In this document: positions 1 to 8,979 of the stretch, piece by piece | How positions within the stretch are numbered: the first letter of the stretch is position 1 | Layout: each line of letters starts with the position of its first letter | Assembly: GCA_040222015.1 (NCBI GenBank) | Contig: JAVJWO010000069.1 | Coordinates: forward strand, 64,001-128,000 | Length of the DNA stretch: 64,000 bases | Origin: Coleofasciculus chthonoplastes F2-STO-03 | Lineage (GTDB): Bacteria > Cyanobacteriota > Cyanobacteriia > Cyanobacteriales > Coleofasciculaceae | Direction: 5' to 3' | The notes under the pieces: model-generated | Database searches by the model: none | Seen by the model: the letters and a program-made list of their open reading frames with translations, nothing else | What the model was told of the DNA's origin: nothing | Program-made: the position numbers and the translations under genes

Positions 1-2
1 TT

Positions 3-89
3 GAATATCAAGATGAACAAGGGCGATGGTTTGCGGTGAATCCAGTTTTAAGGGAAACGGAAAAGTTTCAGCGTTTTTGTTGTAAGTAG
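3..89 (+). CDS. 3' end of a gene running in from outside the window; probably the P-loop ATPase that usually precedes cyanobacterial STAND-WD40 genes
   Basis: Frame reads EYQDEQGRWFAVNPVLRETEKFQRFCCK*. The EY..D..G.WF.(V/I)NP.L tail is typical of that ATPase family (recalled, not searched). Confidence 0.55.
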   Translation, partial: EYQDEQGRWFAVNPVLRETEKFQRFCCK

Positions 90-323
90 TCGGACAAAAG
101 AAAACAGTACGCCCATGCTTGTTTTGCCCAAAAGACTCAAACTTTTACAAAGGACAAATGACGAATGACGTAGCTTGCTTCTCGCGAAGCGAGTCCACCT
201 AATTATTGAATAAAGGGCGACCCGACCTAATTGAGTGGAGTGGTCTGTTAATTGATGCAGGCGGGTCGCCCCTACATCCACCTGACTTTTCACGGTATCT
301 GGTGCAACGTGAGTGTGAATTGT

Positions 324-406
324 GTAGGGGCGGGTTTCACGACTATCTTTTCGGTTGCACCCAGATGTAACTAAACCCGCCCCGACGCGCCATGGCGCGT
401 CTCTAC
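324..406. repeat. GTAG-REP palindrome (GTAGGGGCGGGTTT...AAACCCGCCCC) fused to a second REP (ACGCGCCATGGCGCGTCTCTAC)
   Basis: Inverted repeats are directly visible, and both families recur across the window. Confidence 0.85.
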
Positions 407-582
407 AATAGTTTGTAGACTTCCCGTGAAAAGTCAGCTACATCCACAGGTGCGATTAGGTCGTCTGCCCTATTCAATTCATAATTTGTTAAATTTGTCA
501 ATATATTTTTGATAGGAATTTTTCGCCTCTGGGGTGACACAGTATCAGGTGTCAACTGTGTGAGAGAAAGCCTAAGGAGTGT

Positions 583-1674
583 GTGAAAACCGACACCATT
601 TTTTATCGCTTGTTTAAAGGGTTCCCCAGTATCTTCTTTGAACTGATCAACCAATCCCCAGAACAAGCCAAAACCTATGAATTCACATCCCGTGAAGTTA
701 AGGAACTGTCATTTCGACTCGATGGGTTGTTTCTGCCCAAGAATGAACAATCAAACGACCCCTTTTATGTGGTCGAGGTTCAGTTTCAACCCGATGAGAA
801 CTTCTATTATCGTGTATTTACGGAACTGTTCATTTTTCTGAAGCAATACAAACCGACCCATCAATGGCGGGTTGTAGTCATTTATCCCAGTCGTCGGATT
901 GAACGGGAACAACCGTTAAACTTTAGGGAACTTTTCCCCCGGGTTACTCGCATATACTTAGATGAGTTAGGAGAGGCTGCATCGGATTCTCTGGGGATTA
1001 ATGTTGTTAAGCTAGTGATTGAGCAGGAAAAGACAGCGCCAGAACAAGCAAGGCGCTTGATTGAACAAGCCCAAGTCCAGATAACTGATGAGACGACTAA
1101 ACAGAATCTGATTGATTTAATCGAGACAATCATCGTTTACAAATTACCGCAAAAAAGCCGAGAGGAGATACAAGCTATGTTCGGGTTAAGTGAACTCAAA
1201 CAAACTAAAGTTTATCAGGAAGCGAAGCAAGAAGGGTTTGCAGAAGGTGAACAAAAAGCTAAGTTAAAAGCCATACACCGCCTAATGCAGTTGGGTTTGA
1301 GTGTGGAGATGATTGCTGAAGGATTAGATTTGTCGGTGGAAGTGGTTCAACAAGCATCACAATTTTTCTATGAACAAAATGTTGTGGCGTTTATTGAATT
1401 GTTACAGGATCAACGATCGCTCTTTTCGCCGCAAGACTTGGCTGAGTTGGCTGAGTTGATTGAACCGTTACCCAATACGATAGAAGATTTATCTAATGCG
1501 ATCGCACAATGGTGTAAGCAGGATGGACATTCCCTACAGCGTCAGGCTTGGCGTGATCTTGTCTCTGGGAAGGTGGCGGCTATGGTAGAGGAATTATTGG
1601 CGACGAATCTTGCATCCCTGGAAACTTTTGAGGCTTCGGTGAATAAAGCAATCCTACAACAAGCGATTGAGTAG
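583..1674 (+). CDS. Rpn family recombination-promoting nuclease / putative transposase (DUF2887-type) with C-terminal extension
   Basis: MKTDTIFYRLF start, FRLDGLF...EVQFQ PD-(D/E)XK core, ELKQTKVYQEA motif; GTG start. Confidence 0.9.
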   Translation: MKTDTIFYRLFKGFPSIFFELINQSPEQAKTYEFTSREVKELSFRLDGLFLPKNEQSNDPFYVVEVQFQPDENFYYRVFTELFIFLKQYKPTHQWRVVVIYPSRRIEREQPLNFRELFPRVTRIYLDELGEAASDSLGINVVKLVIEQEKTAPEQARRLIEQAQVQITDETTKQNLIDLIETIIVYKLPQKSREEIQAMFGLSELKQTKVYQEAKQEGFAEGEQKAKLKAIHRLMQLGLSVEMIAEGLDLSVEVVQQASQFFYEQNVVAFIELLQDQRSLFSPQDLAELAELIEPLPNTIEDLSNAIAQWCKQDGHSLQRQAWRDLVSGKVAAMVEELLATNLASLETFEASVNKAILQQAIE

Positions 1675-1677
1675 TAG

Positions 1678-1941
1678 GCTGGCAAGGTTTTAAGCTGTGT
1701 CTATCTACTCCTTGACATTTTCCCCCTCATCCCCTAACCCCTTCTCCCACCCCCCTCGTTCCCCCCTGCGAGGAGGGATGACAGAGGATGCTTCGCTTTT
1801 GTTGCATGGGAGAAGGGGAACCGGATTCTCTTACTCCCCTCTTGCTCCCCTCTCCCAAGCTTGGGAGAGGGGCTGGGGGTGAGGGCTGAGGGCTGGCGTG
1901 GGATAGGGGCTGGAGGTGAGGGGTTGTTAAGTTGACACCAA
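1678..1941 (+). repeat. Composite dispersed repeat, direct-repeat partner of 6108-6466
   Basis: 1678-1901 is near-identical to 6140-6466 and ends in TTAAGTTGACACC, the inverse of the GGTGTCAACT end motif. Confidence 0.8.
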
Positions 1942-2028
1942 TAATTGCTCACCTACCCTCTGCCCTACCTACCCTACAATTAAATTGAGCGGTATGCGAT
2001 CGCACTCGGTCTATGTTTCGTCTCAGTT

Positions 2029-5000
2029 ATGACTCATTCTGATCATCCTGAATCTATCGCTGCTGAAAACGATCGCGCGTTGCAGTCTTTAATCCGGGTG
2101 ATGCGGTTTGTCAGTAGACGCCGATTCTCCCTGGTTCTGGTGCGCTGCAATTATGCCAGGTTGCGGGAGGAAATGCTGGAACGGTTGCGCCAGGATTCTC
2201 CGGTGGCGTTTCAGGTGTTGCGGCTGGCGGCGGACGAGCAACGGCTGTATACCAAAATTAAAACAGAATTTGGCGATCGCGCAGCGTGTTCCGAAGGAAC
2301 GTATCGCGAAACCTCGGCGTTGATGGTGGTGGGATTGGAACAGGTGCAGAATTTGCCCGGTTTGCTGTCGGCGAGTAATCAGATGCGGGATGAGTTTGGC
2401 AAGTCGTTTGTCTTTCCGGTGTTTATCTGGGTGACGGATGATGTGTTGCGAAATATAATTCGGATTGCGCCGGATTTCTATAATTGGGCGACGCTGATTG
2501 GTTTTCGGGTATCCACAGAAGAATTACTCGCATGGTTGTGGCGGGAGACTGAGGCGGTATTCGAGGCGGCTTTGGTGACAACGGATTGGTCAAGGTTTAG
2601 CGGTACTCATCCCCAAGCGTATCAGGAATTAGGATTAGCCCGACAGGAGTTGCAGAAACGAGGGGAGACGTTAGCGCCGGATTTAGCGGCAAATGTCTCC
2701 TTTGCTTTAGCAGTTTATGCCCATCAACAGCATCAAATAGGTAGAGACGCGCCATGGCGCGTCTCTACACCGGACAATCATCTGCCTCAATTAAAATTAG
2801 CGGCTGTTAACCTACAGTTAGGATTGGGGTATTTACATCAAGCTGACTGCCATCGCCGCGACTCTCACCGCCATTTACAGGAAGCTAATTCCTATTTTCA
2901 GCAGGGGATAGACGCCCTAGACTCCGCCCAGCGCCCGGATTTAGTGGCAATCTGGATCAGCAAATGGGGCGAAGTGCTGCAACAATTACAACAGTGGCAA
3001 ACCTTGCAGGAATTAGCCAAGAAAGCGTTAACCCTGCATCAAACCCAGGGAACCGCCACACAACAGGCGCAGGATTATGGATTTCTGGCAGATGTGGCGC
3101 TGGCAAGGGAAAAATGGCAGCAGGCGAAAGATTGGGCAATTCAGGCGTTAGAGTGTGAGGAGGCTACCGGGAATCGGGAATCAGGAAGCGTTTCTGAAGC
3201 CGAGAGGATAGCCTTGAAAAGCAGATGCGGTGGGTATCGGTTGCGCTTGGCACAGGCGTTAAATGGACTTCAGCAACCCCAGCAGGCGATAGAAATGCTG
3301 GAGAGGGCGAGACGGGAAAGCCGCCCCCAGGATTATCCCCAAAGTTATATCCAAATCTTAAGGGAATTGCGCCAGAGTTATTGGCAGCAAAAGCAGTATC
3401 TGAAGGCGTTTGAAATTAAGCAAGCCCAAGGGGTGGTAGAGAGTCAGTTGGGTTTACGGGCGTTTATTGGCGCGAGTCGGTTACAACCTTTGCCGGGAGA
3501 AGAATTGGAAACCGTAGCGCTGGAGATTACCGCGTCGGGGCGGGGGCAGGATGTGCAACGGTTAATTGGTAGAGTTGCCCGTGATGATTGTAAGTTAACG
3601 GTGATTCATGGGCAATCGGGCGTGGGCAAAAGTTCCCTAATGAATGCTGGATTAGTACCCGCTTTGGCACAAAAGATGGTGGGGGAGTTTGATGTGCTGC
3701 CGATTGTGCTGCGGGTGTATACCAATTGGCAGGAAGAGTTGGCGGAATTGTTGTTGGAAGGAATTTCTGCCTCAATCTCTCTTTTACCAGGAGAAGGGAG
3801 TATTTCTGCTGGAAAAACCTCTCCCCCAGCCCCTTTTTTACCAGAACAAGGGAGGATTTCTGCCGGAAAAACCTCTCCCCCAGCCCCTCTCCTACAAGGA
3901 GAGGGGGGCAAGATTTCTAGAAATCCTCCTATAAATATTCCCAGCGATTCTCCTAGCAATTCTCCTATAAATATTTCCAGTAATCCTCCTAGCGATTCTC
4001 CTGTAAATACTCCTATAAATACTCCCCCTTCCCTCGCAGGGAAGGGGGCTGGGGGGTTAGGTTTCCTCCTCAACCAATTACGGCAGAATGAACAGCGTCA
4101 TTTAATGACGGTGCTGATATTTGATCAGTTTGAGGAGTTTTTCTTTGTCTGTACCGATACCGCCGCTAGAAAACCCTTCTTTGAGTTTTTGAGTGATTGC
4201 CTGAATCTTCCCTATCTCAAAATTATATTATCCCTACGGGAAGATTATCTCCATTATTTATTAGAGTGCGAACGACTAGCACGGATTGACATTATTAATA
4301 ACGATATTCTGAATAAACATAATCGCTATGAGTTGGGGGATTTTGCCCCAGAGGATGCTGAGGCGATTATTCAAGAGTTGACCGCACGTTCTCAGTTTCA
4401 TCTGGAGTCGGAATTAGTTGAGCAGTTGGTGCAGGATTTAGCCGGGGATACGGGGAAGGTGCGCCCGATTGAGTTGCAAATTGTCGGGGCGCAATTGCAA
4501 GCCGAGGAGATTACTACCCTGGCTGAGTATCGCCAACGGGGGACAAAAGATGAGTTGGTCAAGCGGTATGTGGAAGCCGTAATTAAAGATTGTGGGCAAG
4601 AGAATCAACGAGTCGGGGAGTTGGTGTTGTATTTGTTGACCGATGAAAAGAATACTCGTCCCCTGAAGACTCGCGCGGATTTGATATCGGAGTTAACCGC
4701 ATTACCGATAGATGGGGTGATAGATAGTCAGCAGTTGGAGTTGGTGCTGAAGATTTTTGTCGGTTCCGGGTTGGTGGTGGAAGTACCGGAAAAGCCAGAA
4801 GATAGATATCAGTTGGTGCATGATTATTTAGTTGAGTTTATTCGTCAGCAGGAAGGGTTTGGCATTGTTGCCCAATTGCAGGCGGAACGGGAGAGACGGC
4901 GGCGGAGTGAGGAGCGGTTAAAGAACGTTGAACAGCGGACTAAGCAAATTATTCGCAGAGGATTCGTTGTTCTAGGAGGCATTTCAGTCTTAACTATCGG

Positions 5001-6054
5001 AGTAGGATTGTTATGGTTTAAGGCATGGGGCGGACTTCAGGAAGCGCAGACAGGTACAAAATTAGAACGACAAAGCGTGGCGGCGATTAAACAGTTTGAA
5101 TATCAGAGTATCGAAGCCTTGATGACCGCAATGGAGGTGGGGCAAGAGTTGAAAAAGTGGGTTAAAGATGGTCATCCTTTAGAAGAGTATCCTGCGACTA
5201 GCCCAATGTTGGCACTCCAGACAATCTTGGATAATATTCGGGAACGCAATCAACTCCAACATCAGGGTTATGTCATGGCTGTAGCCTTCAGCCTCGATGG
5301 CAAGCAAATCCTGACTGGCTCAAGAGACAAAACCGCCCGCCTCTGGGATAACCAGGGGAATTTAATTCAGGAATTAACCGGGCATCAGGGTTCGGTCTAT
5401 GCTGTAGCCTTCAGCCCGGATGGCAAGCAAATCCTGACTGGCTCATCTGACAACACCGCCCGCCTCTGGGATAACCAGGGGAATTTAATTCAGGAATTAA
5501 CCGGGCATCAGGGTTCGGTCAATGCTGTAGCCTTCAGCCCCGATGGCAAGCAAATCCTGACTGGCTCTTTTGACAACACCGCCCGCCTCTGGGATAACCA
5601 GGGGAATTTAATTCAGGAATTAACCGGGCATCAGGATTTGGTCTATGCTGTAGCCTTCAGCCTCGATGGCAAGCAAATCCTGACTGGCTCTTTTGACAAC
5701 ACCGCCCGCCTCTGGGATAACCAGGGGAATTTAATTCAGGAATTAACCGGGCATCAGGATTCGGTCATAGCTGTAGCCTTCAGCCCCGATGGCAAGCAAA
5801 TCCTGACTGGCTCAAGAGACAACACCGCCCGCCTCTGGGATTTGCAAGGGCGGCAGATTGCTGAATTTGCCGGATATTATCAGGCTATCAGCCCCGATTG
5901 GCGCACCATTGCCCTGATTCAAGAGGATAAAGTCCTGTTAAAGCCCGTTTACCGCAATTTAGATGAACTATTGGCACAGGGTTGTGATTGGCTTAAGGAT
6001 TATCTGGCGACGCATCCGGAAGCGTGGGAGCGGTTGCCCGTTTGTCGAGAGTAG
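2029..6054 (+). CDS. NLR-like protein: degenerate N-terminal NTPase-like domain, TPR-like helices, STAND (nSTAND1-type) NTPase, hydrophobic helix, WD40 repeats
   Basis: Walker A GQSGVGKSS, Walker B VLIFDQFEEFF, YQLVHDYLV motif, hydrophobic GFVVLGGISVLTIGVGLLWF, five GH...WD repeats. Confidence 0.9.
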   Translation: MTHSDHPESIAAENDRALQSLIRVMRFVSRRRFSLVLVRCNYARLREEMLERLRQDSPVAFQVLRLAADEQRLYTKIKTEFGDRAACSEGTYRETSALMVVGLEQVQNLPGLLSASNQMRDEFGKSFVFPVFIWVTDDVLRNIIRIAPDFYNWATLIGFRVSTEELLAWLWRETEAVFEAALVTTDWSRFSGTHPQAYQELGLARQELQKRGETLAPDLAANVSFALAVYAHQQHQIGRDAPWRVSTPDNHLPQLKLAAVNLQLGLGYLHQADCHRRDSHRHLQEANSYFQQGIDALDSAQRPDLVAIWISKWGEVLQQLQQWQTLQELAKKALTLHQTQGTATQQAQDYGFLADVALAREKWQQAKDWAIQALECEEATGNRESGSVSEAERIALKSRCGGYRLRLAQALNGLQQPQQAIEMLERARRESRPQDYPQSYIQILRELRQSYWQQKQYLKAFEIKQAQGVVESQLGLRAFIGASRLQPLPGEELETVALEITASGRGQDVQRLIGRVARDDCKLTVIHGQSGVGKSSLMNAGLVPALAQKMVGEFDVLPIVLRVYTNWQEELAELLLEGISASISLLPGEGSISAGKTSPPAPFLPEQGRISAGKTSPPAPLLQGEGGKISRNPPINIPSDSPSNSPINISSNPPSDSPVNTPINTPPSLAGKGAGGLGFLLNQLRQNEQRHLMTVLIFDQFEEFFFVCTDTAARKPFFEFLSDCLNLPYLKIILSLREDYLHYLLECERLARIDIINNDILNKHNRYELGDFAPEDAEAIIQELTARSQFHLESELVEQLVQDLAGDTGKVRPIELQIVGAQLQAEEITTLAEYRQRGTKDELVKRYVEAVIKDCGQENQRVGELVLYLLTDEKNTRPLKTRADLISELTALPIDGVIDSQQLELVLKIFVGSGLVVEVPEKPEDRYQLVHDYLVEFIRQQEGFGIVAQLQAERERRRRSEERLKNVEQRTKQIIRRGFVVLGGISVLTIGVGLLWFKAWGGLQEAQTGTKLERQSVAAIKQFEYQSIEALMTAMEVGQELKKWVKDGHPLEEYPATSPMLALQTILDNIRERNQLQHQGYVMAVAFSLDGKQILTGSRDKTARLWDNQGNLIQELTGHQGSVYAVAFSPDGKQILTGSSDNTARLWDNQGNLIQELTGHQGSVNAVAFSPDGKQILTGSFDNTARLWDNQGNLIQELTGHQDLVYAVAFSLDGKQILTGSFDNTARLWDNQGNLIQELTGHQDSVIAVAFSPDGKQILTGSRDNTARLWDLQGRQIAEFAGYYQAISPDWRTIALIQEDKVLLKPVYRNLDELLAQGCDWLKDYLATHPEAWERLPVCRE
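2282..2302 (+). mobile_element. 21-nt SDR-like element inserted into a HIP1 site inside the CDS
   Basis: GCG|CAGCGTGTTCCGAAGGAACGT|ATCGC; removing it restores GCGATCGC. Internal hairpin GTTCC-GAA-GGAAC. Confidence 0.75.
2741..2768. repeat. Perfect 28-bp GTAG-REP palindrome inside the CDS
   Basis: GTAGAGACGCGCCATGGCGCGTCTCTAC; an identical copy lies intergenically near 38332. Confidence 0.9.
3782..4062. repeat. Dispersed-repeat-derived insert within the STAND domain
   Basis: AAAACCTCTCCCCCAGCCCC occurs twice, followed by CCCCTTCCCTCGCAGGGAAGGGGGCTGGGGGGTTAGG and short Pro/Ser/Asn repeats. Same family as intergenic 29502-29600. Confidence 0.75.
5260..5841 (+). repeat. Tandem 123-bp WD40-coding repeats (4 full plus 1 partial)
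   Basis: Units start at 5260, 5383, 5506, 5629 and 5752 and are identical except at a few codons. Confidence 0.97.
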
Positions 6055-6107
6055 AGGATGGGGATTGGGAATTGGTTGAACCCGTACCGTAGGGGCGCAC
6101 CGACGTG

Positions 6108-6466
6108 CATTGGTGTCAACTACAGGCGAGAAAACCAATGCTGGCAAGGTTTTAAGCTGTGTCTATCTACTCCTTGACATTTTCCCCCTCATCCCCTAAC
6201 CCCTTATCCCACCCCCCTCGTTCCCCCCTACCCCCCTCGTTCCCCCCTACCCCCCTCGTTCCCCCCTACAAGAGGGGGGAGGACAGAGGATGCTTCGCTT
6301 TTGTTGCAGGGGGGAGGACAGAGGATGCTTCGCTTTTGTTGCATGGGGGATGACAGAGGATGCTTCGCTTTTGTTGCACGGGAGAAGGGGGATCGGATTT
6401 TCTTGCTCCCCTCTTGCTCCCCTCTCCCAAGCTTGGGAGAGGGGCTGGGGGTGAGGGCTGGCGTGG
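6108..6466 (+). repeat. Composite dispersed repeat with internal tandem amplification
   Basis: Begins CATTGGTGTCAACT and contains GACAGAGGATGCTTCGCTTTTGTTGCA three times; partner of 1678-1901. Confidence 0.8.
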
Positions 6467-6673
6467 ATCTTAAATTTCGCTAGATGAGGGCACGATAATA
6501 TCGTGCCCCTACCCCATGAATTATCCCTGATGTAGGGGTATGGCATTGCCATGCCCGATTCTCTCAAACCGAAACCTGCTCACCAAAATGCGCCACCCTT
6601 TCACCCCGACATTTTTGAGGTGCGATCGCGGTTAGCAATCTGGTGGGTTTTGTTGTTCCGTTAGTGGTGGGGA

Positions 6674-6759
6674 GGGCGGGTTTTGTTGTTCCGTTAAGGG
6701 TGAATATATAAATTTAGTCCCTAAACCCGCCCCTACAGATTCCCTAAACCTGCCCCTAC
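6674..6759. repeat. GTAG-REP (GGGCGGGTTT...AAACCCGCCCCTAC family)
   Basis: Inverted repeat with a duplicated right arm. Confidence 0.85.
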
Positions 6760-6837
6760 AGTTGATCAGTAGTCGGACTATGTATGATTGATAAACGTTA
6801 GCCTAAAAAAATATCTATCCTCTCCAGTGGAATCTTT

Positions 6838-7938
6838 ATGATCGAAGTGGATCGTCTGAGCAAGCTCTATGGCGTCACTCCAGCTATTCAGGATGTCAGT
6901 TTTAAGGTGGAACCGGGGGAAATCCTGGGGTTCCTCGGACCCAATGGTGCGGGTAAAACAACCACCATGCGTATTTTAGCTGGCTATTTACCCGCCACCA
7001 GTGGCACCGCCCGAATTGCTGGGTATGATGTCCATGAAAATTCTCTGGCGGTGCGCCAACGCATCGGCTATTTACCCGAAACCCCTCCCCTTTATCCAGA
7101 AATGACGGTTGAGGGATTCCTGTACTTTGTCGCCCGTCTCAAAGGGGTATCCGCAGGCGATCGCACTAAGCGGGTGAAGATGGCAATTAAACGCTGTAAC
7201 CTCGTAGAAAAGCGCAAAGTCTTGATCCGCAAACTCTCCAAGGGATTTCGTCAACGAGTCGGAATTGCTCAAGCGATCGTCCATGATCCACCGGCGATTA
7301 TCTTAGATGAACCCACCGTCGGACTCGATCCTCGGCAAATAATTGATGTCCGCAACTTGATCAAAAGCCTTGCAGGTGAACATACAATTATCCTGTCTAC
7401 CCATATTCTGCCAGAGGTGAGCATGACCTGTAGTCGCGTCGCCATTATCAACCGAGGTAAAATCGTCGCCACCAATAGCCCAGAAAACTTGATGGCGCAA
7501 TTGACGGGAGGGGCGGGCTATGAGTTAGAAGTGGATGGGGATGCAACTCAACTGCAAAAGCTATTACAAGTGTTGCAGGGAGTCTGCTTAGTCGAAATTG
7601 TCCCCACTCAACAGTTACCCCCAAATCGCTCCTTAATTCGGATTGTGACAGTACCAGGTACTGATCCGGGACGAGATATTGCGGCTGTAACTGTAGGTGC
7701 TGGGATCGGATTGCATGAAATGCGCCGCACTCGCGCTACCCTGGAAGATGTCTTTTTAGAACTGACGACTCAGGAACGGAGGGCTGAGAACCTGGAAATA
7801 GAGACAGGGAACAATTTAGCTGAATCGCCTATCTCTGATTCTCCATCAGAAGTTCCTGAATCCAATGTTTCTCAATCCCAAGTCCCTGAATCAAAAGTCC
7901 CTGAATCAGACGTTCCCCAATCAGGAGAAGATCGTTAA
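6838..7938 (+). CDS. ABC transporter ATP-binding protein (GldA-like)
   Basis: GPNGAGKTT, LSKGFRQRVG signature, ILDEPT, STH switch. Confidence 0.93.
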   Translation: MIEVDRLSKLYGVTPAIQDVSFKVEPGEILGFLGPNGAGKTTTMRILAGYLPATSGTARIAGYDVHENSLAVRQRIGYLPETPPLYPEMTVEGFLYFVARLKGVSAGDRTKRVKMAIKRCNLVEKRKVLIRKLSKGFRQRVGIAQAIVHDPPAIILDEPTVGLDPRQIIDVRNLIKSLAGEHTIILSTHILPEVSMTCSRVAIINRGKIVATNSPENLMAQLTGGAGYELEVDGDATQLQKLLQVLQGVCLVEIVPTQQLPPNRSLIRIVTVPGTDPGRDIAAVTVGAGIGLHEMRRTRATLEDVFLELTTQERRAENLEIETGNNLAESPISDSPSEVPESNVSQSQVPESKVPESDVPQSGEDR

Positions 7939-8738
7939 TGCGTATACTCTTTGGCAATATTGTGGCAATTTTCCGCAAGGAATTGCAGGGCTATTTTGCT
8001 TCACCTTTGGCTTATATAGTGGCTGGGTTTTTCTGGCTATTGTCGGGGTTCTTTTTCGTATGGATTCTATTAAGTCCCGATGGGATTATTCAGCAAGTAG
8101 CGCAACGCGATCAACTGGGAATGCCGACACCACCTGTGGATGTGGCGTATGAGTTTTTGAATATGTTTTTGAGTGTCATGGGTTCTCTGATTTTATTCGT
8201 TCTCCCCATTCTCTCGATGGGACTCTATTCGGAGGAACGGAAGCGGGGAACGTTAGAATTGCTAGCAACTTCGCCAGTGACGAATTGGGCGGTAGCCGTG
8301 GGCAAACTATTAGGCGTGCTAACCTTCTTTACAATTATGGTGCTACCGTTACTCCTGTATGAAGTCATCGCCTTTAATGCCGCCAATCCACCCATTCAAC
8401 CCTGGGTTCCTTTATTAGCCCATGCTGGATTAATTTTACTCGCCGCATCGGTGCTTTCCTTGGGAATGTTTATTTCCTCGTTAACCGATAGTTCAATCCT
8501 GGCAGCTTTCCTCACATTTGTTTTAATATTGTTCCTCTGGGTAATTGATTTAATTGCTAATATTATCGGTGGTGCTTTTGGGGAAGCGTTAGGTTATTTA
8601 TCGTTGATGGAGAATTATACCAATTTGGTTCGGGGTGTTCTGGATACCAGTAGTCTTATTTTATTTGCTAGTTATATCTTTTTGGGCATATTCCTCACCG
8701 CTCAGTCAATTGAAGCGTTCCGCTTTCAGCGTTCTTAA
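7938..8738 (+). CDS. ABC-2 type permease (GldF-like)
   Basis: Multiple TM segments, EERKRGTLELLATSP motif; TAATG translational coupling to the ATPase. Confidence 0.9.
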   Translation: MRILFGNIVAIFRKELQGYFASPLAYIVAGFFWLLSGFFFVWILLSPDGIIQQVAQRDQLGMPTPPVDVAYEFLNMFLSVMGSLILFVLPILSMGLYSEERKRGTLELLATSPVTNWAVAVGKLLGVLTFFTIMVLPLLLYEVIAFNAANPPIQPWVPLLAHAGLILLAASVLSLGMFISSLTDSSILAAFLTFVLILFLWVIDLIANIIGGAFGEALGYLSLMENYTNLVRGVLDTSSLILFASYIFLGIFLTAQSIEAFRFQRS

Positions 8739-8979
8739 TTATTGGTCATTGGTCATTGGTCATTTGTCCTTTGTTATCCTCGCGAAGATAAACCGTAGGG
8801 TGGGTTTCGACTTCGCTCAACCCACCAACTTTAAGTCAGTACCATTCATCTTAAGTCCTTTATTCGTTGTTATCCTCGCGAAGTTAAGGGTTAAATCGGG
8901 GCGGGTTTAGTCAAATCTGGGTTAGGTCAGAAACAATAATCGTAAAACCCGCCCCTACACAATCAAAACGCTATAAACT

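Noticed and set aside
1697..1952. Small ORFs here and at 6159-6567
   Set aside because: They lie wholly within dispersed repeats; their similarity reflects the DNA repeat, not a protein family.
5260..5841. Diversity-generating retroelement TR/VR pair
   Set aside because: Differences between repeats are not confined to adenines, all copies are in frame within one gene, and there is no reverse transcriptase in the window.
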